Shown here: positions 28,031-37,626 of the stretch, piece after piece
Position numbering within the stretch: position 1 is the first letter of the stretch
Layout: every line of letters begins with the position of its first letter
The notes under the pieces: model-generated
Database searches by the model: none
Told to the model about the DNA's origin: nothing
Seen by the model: the letters and a program-made list of their open reading frames with translations, nothing else
NCBI GenBank assembly: GCA_963803145.1
Contig: CAWDLW010000030.1
Coordinates: forward strand, 19,967 to 83,966
Length of the DNA stretch: 64,000 nucleotides
Reading direction: 5' to 3'
From: Methanotrichaceae archaeon
Lineage (GTDB): Archaea > Halobacteriota > Methanosarcinia > Methanotrichales > Methanotrichaceae
Made by a program: the position numbers and the translations under genes

Positions 28031-28417
28031 CTACTTCAATACCAACTTCAGGGCACGCTGTGGGCAGCCTGTGATACAAGCCCCACACTGTATGCACCTG
28101 CCTGGATCGGCAACAACCCGCCAATCATCGAACTTAAATGTTCCTGTCGGGCATACAGAAACGCAGGCTCCACAGTGTATGCACTCATCCTCGTCCTTTA
28201 TGACAGGTATCTCAAGGGTGACAACCTTGACGCCCCTGCGCTCAAATGCCTCTTTGACCTCCTTGCACTTATCTTTTGGTACTTCAAGGACAATCTCACC
28301 GGTGACGGCATCTATGCTTGCCCTCTCTATATTGACCAATGTAGAGGTCTCCAGAATTACAGAGGCTATGAGAGGCTGGCGTACGATGCCTGGAGCCACA
28401 TGCAACATCAGCTTCAA
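28031..28417 (-). CDS. NIL domain + 2x[4Fe-4S] ferredoxin protein (partner of the COG1900 homocysteine-synthesis enzyme)
   Basis: The N-terminal ~70 aa are NIL-like. The C-terminus has CIHCGACVSVCP and CIQCGACITGCP. Directly downstream of the COG1900 gene, as for the MA1821/MA1822 pair. Confidence 0.75.
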   Translation of the reverse strand: MKLMLHVAPGIVRQPLIASVILETSTLVNIERASIDAVTGEIVLEVPKDKCKEVKEAFERRGVKVVTLEIPVIKDEDECIHCGACVSVCPTGTFKFDDWRVVADPGRCIQCGACITGCPQRALKLVLK

Positions 28418-28419
28418 CC

Positions 28420-29922
28420 CTATCGCCTCCTCGCTAAGAGCCTCGATATGTGATCGCTTGTGACCATTCCTATAACGCGATTCTCACGATCCACGACAGG
28501 CAGTGCAGAGATCCTGTGAGTATCAAGGGTCCTGGCTGCAAGCTCTATCGGCTCATCCGGTCTCGCGGAATAAACCCTGCGCGTCATTATCTCAGATATT
28601 TGCGAGACCGCTCCGTTGGCGACGGCTTTGGATATATCCCAGGCAGTTATTATTCCTGCCAGAGTTCCCCTTTCGGAGACTACCGGCAGATGATCGAAGC
28701 TTCCTCCCACAATCAGCTTGGCAGCCTCGTTTATATGAATGTCCTCGCGAACTGTAACTACATCGCGACTCATGACATCCTCCACGTTCGGGAACTCCTT
28801 TGTCTGCTTCATCGGCTTGCTCGAGCCCACACGCTGCAGAGGCTCGACTGCCTGAGTAGGGATAAATTCGCCCATCTCTATTGACTTCTTCAGCAGCTCT
28901 GCGATCTCCCTGGCCATGTAATAGCTTGAAAGCGATGATGTCGGTACCTCTTTGCCGTTCAGCTTTACTGAGCCTGATTTGAGCATCTCGTAATTTACGA
29001 TGGTGACTGTGGGCCTGTCGCGACGCTGTATTCCATAGTCAACTATCGGCACAGGTATATCGCGGTCTCTAACCGCTGTATTCTTCGCAATCCTCTCGTT
29101 CAGCACTGGTATCGGAATTCCTATCCCTAAGTAAAGGCTTGGGCCGTATCTATGAAATGTCGCTCCGCGAAGATACCTGGAGTTCATTTTTTTCAGGTCG
29201 CCGGTAACCATTAGAGTCGAAAAGTTGTTCTGAGGATTGTGCTGTGTACCTGAGCCGATGACAAACCCTTGTGCACCTGCCAGAAATATCCTTGTGCCTA
29301 CCCCAATGTAATCGAAGTTTGGGTCATTGGAAATTGGTGAAAGGATGCCTGCACCGCTGTAATGGATATTTCCGTAGCGCGGGAGAAGGGTGCCCATGTA
29401 GGTATGCATCGTCCTATCAGAGGAGTTGGTGGCTGCATTATATCTTTGATACGCATTTCTGGGGTTGACCATCATTGCCTGGTTGAAGTCCTCCAGTCGC
29501 AGGCTCGTCTCAAGCTCGAGCTGTGGATAGCAATCGGTCCCTACACCCTCAGCCTCGACATCAATCTGCCTTCCTGCAACAAGGTCCTCTATGACGTGAG
29601 CTCCACCATATTCTATGTCGCGATCCTCAGATGGTTGAGTTGCCCCCAAAAATAGGTCTACTGCTGCCACGCCACCATATGCCTCAACTTTGTTAAGCCA
29701 GGCTCTTGAAATTTTTATAGGGGGATCGCTATGGCCTAAGTTTAGAAAAACGCCAGAGGAGCACATTGCTCCAAAGGTGCCTGTTGTTACGACATCTACC
29801 TCGCGCACTGCACCGGCTGTGCCAATTTCGTCTACAATGTCGGGCATCTCCTCGGCTGTGACGATGCGGGCGCTGCCATTACGTATGCGCTCGTTGATCT
29901 CGGTGAGCGACTTCTCTTGCAC
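28420..29922 (-). CDS. COG1900 (DUF39) + tandem CBS domain protein, sulfide-dependent homocysteine biosynthesis type
   Basis: 500-aa ORF. The N-terminal ~380 aa resemble MJ0100/MA1821 (VDVVTTGTFG..., GTRIFLAGAQG). The C-terminus carries two CBS repeats. Confidence 0.8.
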   Translation of the reverse strand: MQEKSLTEINERIRNGSARIVTAEEMPDIVDEIGTAGAVREVDVVTTGTFGAMCSSGVFLNLGHSDPPIKISRAWLNKVEAYGGVAAVDLFLGATQPSEDRDIEYGGAHVIEDLVAGRQIDVEAEGVGTDCYPQLELETSLRLEDFNQAMMVNPRNAYQRYNAATNSSDRTMHTYMGTLLPRYGNIHYSGAGILSPISNDPNFDYIGVGTRIFLAGAQGFVIGSGTQHNPQNNFSTLMVTGDLKKMNSRYLRGATFHRYGPSLYLGIGIPIPVLNERIAKNTAVRDRDIPVPIVDYGIQRRDRPTVTIVNYEMLKSGSVKLNGKEVPTSSLSSYYMAREIAELLKKSIEMGEFIPTQAVEPLQRVGSSKPMKQTKEFPNVEDVMSRDVVTVREDIHINEAAKLIVGGSFDHLPVVSERGTLAGIITAWDISKAVANGAVSQISEIMTRRVYSARPDEPIELAARTLDTHRISALPVVDRENRVIGMVTSDHISRLLARRR

Positions 29923-30011
29923 AAAGGCAATTCTTTTGGCCGATACGATAAAAAGCTATTGGGGCTCCGGCTCAACAGCATTATCACCAGAGAAGAAAAA
30001 GCTCCATCCAA

Positions 30012-31505
30012 ATGCCGGGAAAAAAGATTGTCCTGACCAGCGATACCACTATGATGAGCAGCTATCATGGCGGGGTGCTTCTGGGCTTTGCTGCCATAAT
30101 GCCTAAGAAAGTCATGCCCGATTGGATATTTGAGTGGCTCTTTTGTCCGCCTGTGGACGCTGGCGCTGACGGCAGAGCGGTCTTAGCTCCCTGCGGAATG
30201 CGCAAAGTAGAGGCTGCGCTCCTTGAGTCTGGCTTTGATAGATCGGAGGTCATTGTTGCACATCCTCAGCACCTTGCTAAATCCATCGGCCCTGATACTG
30301 AGATCGTTGGCATAACGCATGATGATCCTTTGGGGAAGATCGCAGTTCGAGAGATAGAGGAGATGATAGGGCGCGGAGAGCCCCATAATAGATCCAAATT
30401 TCTCTCGCTTATCAACAACCCCATCATAAAGGAACATAGGCCAAAGATTGTCGTAGGAGGGAACGGCGCCTGGGAGCTGATTGGGGAAAATGTTGGCGTA
30501 GATCACATCTATCTAGGTGAGGGGGAGGCAGATTTTCCTGATATATGCAGGCGCATAATAAAGGGGGAGGATGTGCCGAGGGTAATACATGGAAGCGTTG
30601 TCCCAGGCGAGATGATTCCTGTAAATCGCGGAGCAACGATCGCAGGCATCGTAGAAATCGGCAGGGGATGCTGGCGTGGCTGCTCCTTCTGCTCTCCTAC
30701 TATGCGAACCTTGAGACATAGGCCGCTCGAGAGAATATTGGAAGACGTAAAGGTAAACCTACAAAGCGGCCAGAGAGATGTGCTTCTACATTCCGAGGAT
30801 GTCTTTACCTACGGCTCGAAGGGCATGGTCCCGGATAAGGAAAAGGTAAAAAGGCTTGTAACCACAGTAAAGCGGCTCGGCCCGCGTACCATCGATGTGT
30901 CTCATCTCAGCCTGGCTACAGTTCACCAGAGCCAGGATCTTCTTAGGGATGTCTCTGAGATTGTGGGCATAGGCGCGGATCAAAGATATATGTCGGCCTG
31001 GATAGGAATTGAGACAGGAAGCTGCAGAATACTTGAGATGCATATGCCTCGCAAGGCCCTTCCCTCTGAGACCGCTATGTGGCCCGAGATCGTAAGAGAC
31101 TGCTACAGCCTATTTAGCGAGGAGTCGTGGCTGCCTATAGCAAGTTTAGTTTTAGGTTTGCCGGGAGAGGAAGCTCAGGATGTCGTGAAGACAATAGAGC
31201 TTGTAGAATCGCTTAAGGATTACACCGGTCTGATGCTGCCCCTCTTTTTCACGCCTATGTCGGAAACGAAACTCGGAGGAATAAGAGGCTTCGGACGAGA
31301 TCGTGCGCTGCCGGAACACTGGGAGCTTATTGGCCTATGTCTGGAGTACAATCTTAGACACCTCAAGAGTCTGCACAGCTTCTATAGCGAGCGTATGACT
31401 GCAGGGCCTGTTATTCATGCCGCTCTTAAGTGCATAAATATGATCGCAGATCTGGCGATGAACAAGTACATGAACAGAATGAAGCGAGGAGAGCCGCCGA
31501 ACTGA
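30012..31505 (+). CDS. radical SAM enzyme with a B12-binding-like N-terminal region (archaeal family, function unknown)
   Basis: CWRGCSFC (CxxxCxxC) at about residue 218. The N-terminal Rossmann-like region resembles B12/radical SAM proteins. Subfamily not resolved. Confidence 0.7.
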   Translation: MPGKKIVLTSDTTMMSSYHGGVLLGFAAIMPKKVMPDWIFEWLFCPPVDAGADGRAVLAPCGMRKVEAALLESGFDRSEVIVAHPQHLAKSIGPDTEIVGITHDDPLGKIAVREIEEMIGRGEPHNRSKFLSLINNPIIKEHRPKIVVGGNGAWELIGENVGVDHIYLGEGEADFPDICRRIIKGEDVPRVIHGSVVPGEMIPVNRGATIAGIVEIGRGCWRGCSFCSPTMRTLRHRPLERILEDVKVNLQSGQRDVLLHSEDVFTYGSKGMVPDKEKVKRLVTTVKRLGPRTIDVSHLSLATVHQSQDLLRDVSEIVGIGADQRYMSAWIGIETGSCRILEMHMPRKALPSETAMWPEIVRDCYSLFSEESWLPIASLVLGLPGEEAQDVVKTIELVESLKDYTGLMLPLFFTPMSETKLGGIRGFGRDRALPEHWELIGLCLEYNLRHLKSLHSFYSERMTAGPVIHAALKCINMIADLAMNKYMNRMKRGEPPN

Positions 31506-31571
31506 TGTTTGTATTAATATCGGCGACCAGTACCAATAGTGCTATTGATAATTTTGAGAAATTCAACAATG

Positions 31572-31874
31572 CTAATAGCTTTCCAGGACAGACCTCACTG
31601 CACCCTTATGATCGCTTTTTAGAGAATATACATTATGGTCTCCCGAGACATCTATGCTCAGGATTCCCAGGCGGGTATTCATAAGCCCCACCATCGCAGA
31701 TACACCGCGATAGCTCACATCAAAGCCTTCCTTCTCCAGGTAGGCAAAAACATCCTCGGTTGTATAAGACCCATCGCTCAAAAATAGCTTCAAAACGGCC
31801 TTTCTAATGCCTATGCCATCCCGTTTTAGGTAATTCCTGAGCCTTTCCTGGATTCGATCTTCAGCACTCTCCAT
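31572..31874 (-). CDS. small hypothetical protein, possible winged-helix
   Basis: 100-aa ORF downstream of a radical SAM gene on the same strand. Weak wHTH-like pattern only. Confidence 0.35.
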   Translation of the reverse strand: MESAEDRIQERLRNYLKRDGIGIRKAVLKLFLSDGSYTTEDVFAYLEKEGFDVSYRGVSAMVGLMNTRLGILSIDVSGDHNVYSLKSDHKGAVRSVLESY

Positions 31875-31912
31875 CCGGCAAAATCACCGCCTCTCAGCAA
31901 TGAATCTAAGGA

Positions 31913-32956
31913 TTATAAAGGTATTCTCTCTACAACAAGCCCGTCCTCTAAGGGATATCGCTCGATTAATGAAACAATGCAGCCTATGCTTTTTAACTTT
32001 TTCGAAATATCTTCCAGAATTGGTGCTGAGATATCTATCTCGTCTCCTTTTAGAGAATACATTTCCTCTGGCACTTCAAGTGCCAATAGAACCTCAAGAG
32101 CATTTTCTATATTTCCACATATTGTGCCATGGATAAGAGTTCCATCAACAGTTGGAATATCAAAGGGACGCGCAACACGTTCACAGCGCCTCTTGAACCT
32201 TTCCCTAAGTTGTACCGCATCCTTGAACCTCGATGGGCAGTAATGCATTTTCACTCCATCGGGCATAAAGTGCTCTCTAGCTATTCTCTCACTGCCTATA
32301 GCCCCGCTGTGAAGTTCTTCAGGCCTAAAGCCAAGTGATTTCAGCTCTTCAGCGTTCGTGTCCGAAAATTCGAGCTCATTGATGTTCATAAATGCATCCG
32401 CGTCTCTTACGGCCTTTATTATCTCAGGTGCTGGCGCGATCGCTGGAATCTCTACACCAGCCTCAAGGCCCAGAGATTTCGCCTCTGCGAGCGCCACCTT
32501 TAGGCCTAACGGGTTCTGCCATTCCGGATATGGCGGATGAAATCTTATCTCATCAAGTCCCGCTTCCTTCAGCTTTATCAGGACATCTCTTCCAGGCATT
32601 AGGCCGGTGTAGAGATGGATATGATGCTCAGGCCCAAATGTGCGTTTTAAGGCCCTTATGTACTCCAGGACCAAGTCTAGCTTGAGCAGAGGCTCGCCAC
32701 CCGTGATTCCTGTCCCCAGAGCGCCGATAGCCTTTGCCTCCTTGATAATATCCTCTATATCTTCCACAAGCTGCTCGTCTGCAAATACGACATCTCTCCC
32801 TTTTCGCTCCTCTGACAGCGGGCAGTAGAAGCAGCTCCGCCCGCACTTTCCTGTTACGAAGAGCACAAGTCCCGCCCCAATCCTGCAGATCTCACAGCCC
32901 TTTGGCAGATAATTGTAAAATGATCCTATAGAATCCTCAGACCAGGCCATTCTCAT
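31913..32956 (-). CDS. radical SAM enzyme (PFL-activase-related archaeal family)
   Basis: CGRSCFYC CxxxCxxC motif near the N-terminus and a GGEPLL SAM-binding motif. Confidence 0.75.
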   Translation of the reverse strand: MRMAWSEDSIGSFYNYLPKGCEICRIGAGLVLFVTGKCGRSCFYCPLSEERKGRDVVFADEQLVEDIEDIIKEAKAIGALGTGITGGEPLLKLDLVLEYIRALKRTFGPEHHIHLYTGLMPGRDVLIKLKEAGLDEIRFHPPYPEWQNPLGLKVALAEAKSLGLEAGVEIPAIAPAPEIIKAVRDADAFMNINELEFSDTNAEELKSLGFRPEELHSGAIGSERIAREHFMPDGVKMHYCPSRFKDAVQLRERFKRRCERVARPFDIPTVDGTLIHGTICGNIENALEVLLALEVPEEMYSLKGDEIDISAPILEDISKKLKSIGCIVSLIERYPLEDGLVVERIPL

Positions 32957-33067
32957 TTAGTACATCGCCCAAGCGGATCAATTTTTCCTTTTTGATCTCA
33001 GGTGGTCTCCCGAATTTAAGTATAGCGCGGCCAAAACATAAATAGTTTAATTGTAAACAATAGTATT

Positions 33068-33295
33068 ATGTCTACTGTTGTTTACAGTATCCGTCTTGAA
33101 GATTCTACCCGACGGATGATGGACGAAATGGCTGATGTCAACTGGCAGTCTGAGATCAGGGCGATGGTTGAGGATTTGGTAAAGGCGAAGAAGAAGCAGC
33201 GGTTTTTAGCAGAGGCCCGTAAGTTAAGGCTGAGGATGAAACCTATCGGAGTGAGCGCAGCAGAAATGATTCGAGAGGATAGAGATGCCAGATAG
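33068..33295 (+). CDS. vapB: VapB-type antitoxin (ribbon-helix-helix-like)
   Basis: 75-aa ORF with an N-terminal beta-strand/helix pattern (VVYSIRLEDSTRRMMDEM). Overlaps the downstream PIN gene by 11 nt. Confidence 0.6.
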   Translation: MSTVVYSIRLEDSTRRMMDEMADVNWQSEIRAMVEDLVKAKKKQRFLAEARKLRLRMKPIGVSAAEMIREDRDAR

Positions 33296-33698
33296 TGTGA
33301 TCTTGGATTCATCAGTTATTGCAGCTATATTTCTTTTTAGCGATGACGAGGACAATGCGGCTGAAAATGCCATCACAAACAAGCGCTTGATAACCTTGGA
33401 CTTATCCATGGCAGAAGTAGGAAACGTGGCCTGGAAACGTGTCATTCATTTTCAGGAAGATAAAGAGATGATGCAAACAGCCCTTCGGAATTGTCTGGGC
33501 TTCATCTCAGAAGCATGTGTGGTCGTCAAAGCACTTGATCTGGCAAATGAGGCATATAATATTGCAGTGGAGGACAAGATCGCTTTCTATGATTCGCTTT
33601 TCTTAGCAGCTGCTGAGAGGGAGCAAGTGCCTCTTCTGACCATGGACAAGAAGCTGTATGAAAAGTCGAAAGGAGATAGAAACGTCCGGTTAGTGTAA
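33285..33698 (+). CDS. vapC: PIN-domain ribonuclease toxin VapC
   Basis: Acidic residues in canonical PIN spacing (ILDSS..., AEVGNV, YDSLFL, TMDKKL). Confidence 0.8.
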   Translation: MPDSVILDSSVIAAIFLFSDDEDNAAENAITNKRLITLDLSMAEVGNVAWKRVIHFQEDKEMMQTALRNCLGFISEACVVVKALDLANEAYNIAVEDKIAFYDSLFLAAAEREQVPLLTMDKKLYEKSKGDRNVRLV

Positions 33699-33805
33699 AA
33701 CGCTTTTTTGATTGTGGCTCGGGGTATGCCATCAGGCATTACCTGAGCAGGGATTCGCACTTCCTGGGCTATTAGTAATGAGAGCCGATTTATATTCTTG
33801 CACCT

Positions 33806-34002
33806 AAGGAAGGCTTGAGGATCTCGATATTGCAGCGAAGATAATTGGGGATAGGAAGATCAAGGCGTGAACTTTGATTATACCCACATCGCGCCGGGTG
33901 CTGCTCGATGCGCTTAAGGCGGGCATAATTGAGACCTTGGTTAAAGCCGGTGCCATTTTGCGCCGCCTGGATGCGGATCTTGCCTTGGGGCACATATGGG
34001 CG
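33806..34002 (+). pseudogene. internal fragment of a 3-isopropylmalate/homoaconitate dehydratase large subunit gene (leuC/hacA-like)
   Basis: My translation gives RRLEDLDIAAKIIGDRKIKA*TLIIPTSRRVLLDALKAGIIETLVKAGAI. A -1 shift in the T-run at 33957-33960 then gives FAPPGCGSCLGAHMG, the aconitase-family Cys motif. There is an in-frame TGA at 33869-33871. No flanking leuC sequence is present. Confidence 0.6.
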
Positions 34003-34090
34003 CTGATACTCCGGAATCCTGAACCACCGATTTTTGAATATATTCAAGACTGACAATTTTTCGCTCTTAATTTCTCCGCTGGATGGCATT
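33992..34090 (-). pseudogene. N-terminal 33 codons of a DUF262 (GmrSD/ParB-nuclease-like) gene, truncated
   Basis: MPSSGEIKSEKLSVLNIFKNRWFRIPEYQRPYV matches the F.IP.YQRPY.W signature, then loses similarity. By my count of the displayed sequence the ATG is the complement of 34088-34090; the ORF track lists 33790..34089. Confidence 0.45.
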
Positions 34091-34788
34091 TATCATTCCT
34101 CCCGAATGCAGGATAAGCTATCTATCAGTATTAAGTCATTCTATAGGGTACCAAGAGTGCAGGGTTCTCATTCCCTGAAGTAATCCATAAATTACTTATG
34201 GCACCGATGGCTGATGCTGCCCTAGGTGTCCTACCCCGAAAAGCATTCGATTACAATAGCTTATGGCCACTTTCATTCTTAGTAGGCGATTCAACTTCTA
34301 TCTGAGAGTAATAGCATTTTGCAGTTAAAAGTTCATCGTTTGCTTATAATACAGCTGGATATCCTTTTTTTATGCTGGAACCGTTCATCTTATCCCCTTC
34401 AACCTTATAGTCTGCGCTTCCAAAACCTTCCCCCATAGAGGGGCCAGGGGCAGCCCGCGCGGCGACTGAGCGCGCTAGTATAACCATTAGTTTTAGCGCC
34501 AGAAGAAAGTGTAGGCTTTATTTTGATTGACCCAAATGCAAAGTCAAAGCAGTTCTGGAATGTATGCTCTTGGGTTGCAATCTCTCTTGAAGAACGCCCT
34601 AGAATGGATTATTGATCAACTAGCCAGCACGGAAAATAGTAAACTGGCATCAAATGCTGTAAATTTCCATTTCGGCGAACGTTTTTAGGAAATTGGCCAT
34701 ATTAAAGGATTGCATATTCGCCATACGCTCTTACCTCCTACATTGCCCTTAAAATAGTAAAACCAACATTGTTCATTATATCAGGGAG

Positions 34789-35676
34789 ATGAACATGAAT
34801 CTACCGGAGAAAGACGTGGATCGCTTTTTCAGACTCTTTCACGGTCTTTTATTATATATCAATAAAAAATTCAAGATTATAAAATCTCTGAAAAAGCCCG
34901 ATGATATTTTCGGAGCGCCCATAAATGATGTATTGGAACTCAAAGAGAAGCTATACTCCGATCCGGCGATGATAGATACTTTTGCAGAAGAAAATCCAAT
35001 GGGTTTTCCATCCGAGGACCTGGACGTTATTCGCAGCTGGAAGAATTTTGTTAGAGGCAACTTCATAATCATGAGCTACAAGAAGAATTATACAATTTTT
35101 CTAGAGCTAACTGATCCCCCAAAGGCTTACGGCTTATTGGGCCTGCGTTCTTCTTTTCAGGAGATGTTGGGGCAATATCTGCCCATATCAGTTGAACTGA
35201 CGATGCTGCCGTATGAGGATAAAATTACATATGACGGAACCCTTCTCTCCAATAGAGTAATTTTTGGCCCCAATATGCGAAGAGATTTCCGCATCCATCT
35301 TAATCAGGCCAAAGGGCTGTATGGGATAATAACTCGGCTTCCTTTCGAGCCAGAAAAATCTGAACCTACCGATCTTGAAAAGCTGGAAATATACTTAAAA
35401 ACCAAAGACAGCAGAGATGCATACTTTTCCGAAATTCAGGATCTGATAAGTAAAGATCCCGAACTGAAGATATACTATTCACAAACTATGGGCAAGGTTG
35501 AATCTCAGACCTTGAAAAGAAAACTTAAGAGCGCTGGCGTGAAGAGAGGCTGGTTTGCCTTACTTGATAACATGATCATAGCAGGCGGAAGATCAAAAGG
35601 CGAAATCGAAAGCGCTCTGAACGAGATGCTGGATGATGATAAGAGAAAGCATGTGTATTTATTCAATTTGAAATGA
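34789..35676 (+). CDS. hypothetical protein (295 aa), AT-richer orphan
   Basis: Clean ORF preceded by GGGAGA. No motif recognised. Preceded by about 700 bp without ORFs. Confidence 0.55.
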   Translation: MNMNLPEKDVDRFFRLFHGLLLYINKKFKIIKSLKKPDDIFGAPINDVLELKEKLYSDPAMIDTFAEENPMGFPSEDLDVIRSWKNFVRGNFIIMSYKKNYTIFLELTDPPKAYGLLGLRSSFQEMLGQYLPISVELTMLPYEDKITYDGTLLSNRVIFGPNMRRDFRIHLNQAKGLYGIITRLPFEPEKSEPTDLEKLEIYLKTKDSRDAYFSEIQDLISKDPELKIYYSQTMGKVESQTLKRKLKSAGVKRGWFALLDNMIIAGGRSKGEIESALNEMLDDDKRKHVYLFNLK

Positions 35677-35823
35677 ATCCATATACTCGCCTAAGTGCAT
35701 TTTGAATCATGAAGGGTTTATCGTCTCAGCAACAGTTCCAATCATCAAAACGGTTATCAGATAGAAGCGGCGATATCCTCGCAGAATAGAATATCAGATA
35801 AAAATATATTAGGATGGCTATCT

Positions 35824-37626
35824 GTGAGAGAATATCTCCTGGGAAACACGGCTATTGCAAAGGGCATTCTCGAGGCGGGAGCAGGGCTTGTGGCCGGCTA
35901 CCCTGGAACCCCCTCCTCAGAGATCATTGAGAGCATTGTCGGACTCAAGGGCAATCTGCCGATGCATGTGGAATGGTCTGTGAATGAGAAGGTCGCCCTT
36001 GAGGTGGCAATTGGAGCCTCATGGAGCGGCACAAGGTCTGTGGCAACTATGAAGCATGTAGGCCTGAATGTAGCAGCAGATCCCTTCATGACATTGGCAT
36101 ACCTCGGCGTCGGGGCCGGGTTAGTTATAGTATCTGCAGATGATCCGTATTGCCACTCATCCCAGAATGAGCAGGACTCAAGGCGATACGCGAGCTTCGC
36201 ATCCATACCGTGCCTCGATCCGAGCGATCCTCAGGAGGCAAAGGATATGACGGTCTTCGGTTTTGATCTATCGGAGAGGTTCAATGTCCCAGTGATGCTC
36301 CGGCCAACGACGCGCGTCTCTCATGCTAGGGCTGATGTTGAGATCGCTGAGCGTAAAGTTGAGCGTAATCAACCTGGCAGCAACGCACATTTTATCAAGG
36401 ACCCATCACGGCGTGTTGCACTGCCGGTCCACGCCAGACCTCTTCATACTGAGCTACTAACGAAACAGCCGGAGATTGAGAAGGCCCTTCATGATGCGCC
36501 CTGGAATAGGCTTGCCTTAAAGGGTGATCATGGAATCATCGCCTCAGGCATAGCCGCGCTATATGCTGAGGAGGCGATACAAGACCTTGATCTGGACATG
36601 TCATTCCTGAAGATCGGAACGTTCCCTGTGCCATCTGCTATGATTGAAAAGCTGCTGAAGAATGTCAGCAAGGTCATGGTGGTCGAGGAGCTTGAGCCTG
36701 TTTTGGAAGAGCAGGTGGAAAGGATCGCGAGGAAAGTCAATCCCAATGTTGAGATTTTGGGGAAGGATGGCCATATTCCGAGAGTTGGCGAACTTGATTT
36801 ACTACCTGTCAGAAATGCCATAGCAAGGATGGAAGGTAAGGCTCCACGGCCGGACGTGAGGATTGATGCAGTGAAGATAATTCCACCGAGGCCGCCTGCG
36901 CTGTGTCCCGGATGCAGCCATCGAGCGACCTACTACGCAATGCGCAAGGCATTCGGCAAGAATGCGATTTATCCCAGCGACATCGGCTGCTATACAATGG
37001 CTGTCAACATGGGAACTGTGGATACCTGCCTCTGTATGGGAGCAAGCATTACTTTGGCAAGCGGCATAAGGTTCGGAGGCGTTACAAATGATATCTGCTG
37101 TAGCATTGGAGACTCTACATTCTTGCATGGAGGGCTTACCGGCCTGCTGAATGCCGCATACAATAATGCAAAAATAACCGTAACTGTTCTGGACAACTCA
37201 ACCACAGCCATGACAGGCCATCAGCCTCATCCGGGCACAGGAGTTACGGCTGAAGGAGTGCGAACAAACCAGGTATCGATTGAGGCGGTAGCAAAGGCTC
37301 TGGGAGCCGGCCTCGTGGAGGTTATCGATCCATACGATACAGGAAAAGCAATAGAAGCATTCCGCAGGGCGAAGGAGTATCCAGGGCTCTCAGTCGTTGT
37401 TGCAAGGCAGGCATGCGTTATAAATGCACGAAGATCCGGGGCCAAACGAAAAGTTTTCGCTGTGGGCCAGGACTGCGCGGGCTGCAAAATCTGCGTCGAA
37501 TTCGGCTGTCCGGCTATAGAGTTCGATGCTGAGTTGGAGAAGGCAACGATTACATCCCCATGCACGGGCTGTGGCGTCTGCGCACAGATATGCCCGAGCT
37601 CCGCCATAGAGGAGGTGTTGGGATGA
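35824..37626 (+). CDS. iorA: indolepyruvate:ferredoxin oxidoreductase alpha subunit
   Basis: 600 aa. TPP-binding regions and C-terminal CAGCKICVEFGCP / CTGCGVCAQICP typical of IorA. GTG start. Confidence 0.9.
   Translation: MREYLLGNTAIAKGILEAGAGLVAGYPGTPSSEIIESIVGLKGNLPMHVEWSVNEKVALEVAIGASWSGTRSVATMKHVGLNVAADPFMTLAYLGVGAGLVIVSADDPYCHSSQNEQDSRRYASFASIPCLDPSDPQEAKDMTVFGFDLSERFNVPVMLRPTTRVSHARADVEIAERKVERNQPGSNAHFIKDPSRRVALPVHARPLHTELLTKQPEIEKALHDAPWNRLALKGDHGIIASGIAALYAEEAIQDLDLDMSFLKIGTFPVPSAMIEKLLKNVSKVMVVEELEPVLEEQVERIARKVNPNVEILGKDGHIPRVGELDLLPVRNAIARMEGKAPRPDVRIDAVKIIPPRPPALCPGCSHRATYYAMRKAFGKNAIYPSDIGCYTMAVNMGTVDTCLCMGASITLASGIRFGGVTNDICCSIGDSTFLHGGLTGLLNAAYNNAKITVTVLDNSTTAMTGHQPHPGTGVTAEGVRTNQVSIEAVAKALGAGLVEVIDPYDTGKAIEAFRRAKEYPGLSVVVARQACVINARRSGAKRKVFAVGQDCAGCKICVEFGCPAIEFDAELEKATITSPCTGCGVCAQICPSSAIEEVLG

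Noticed and set aside
34330-34500. 51-aa minus-strand ORF (MVILARSVAARAAPGPSMGEGFGSADYKVEGDKMNGSSIKKGYPAVL) and the stop-interrupted frame that continues from it in the 34.1-34.8 kb gap
   Set aside because: No recognisable family and no Shine-Dalgarno site. It may be a gene remnant, but I cannot support any call.
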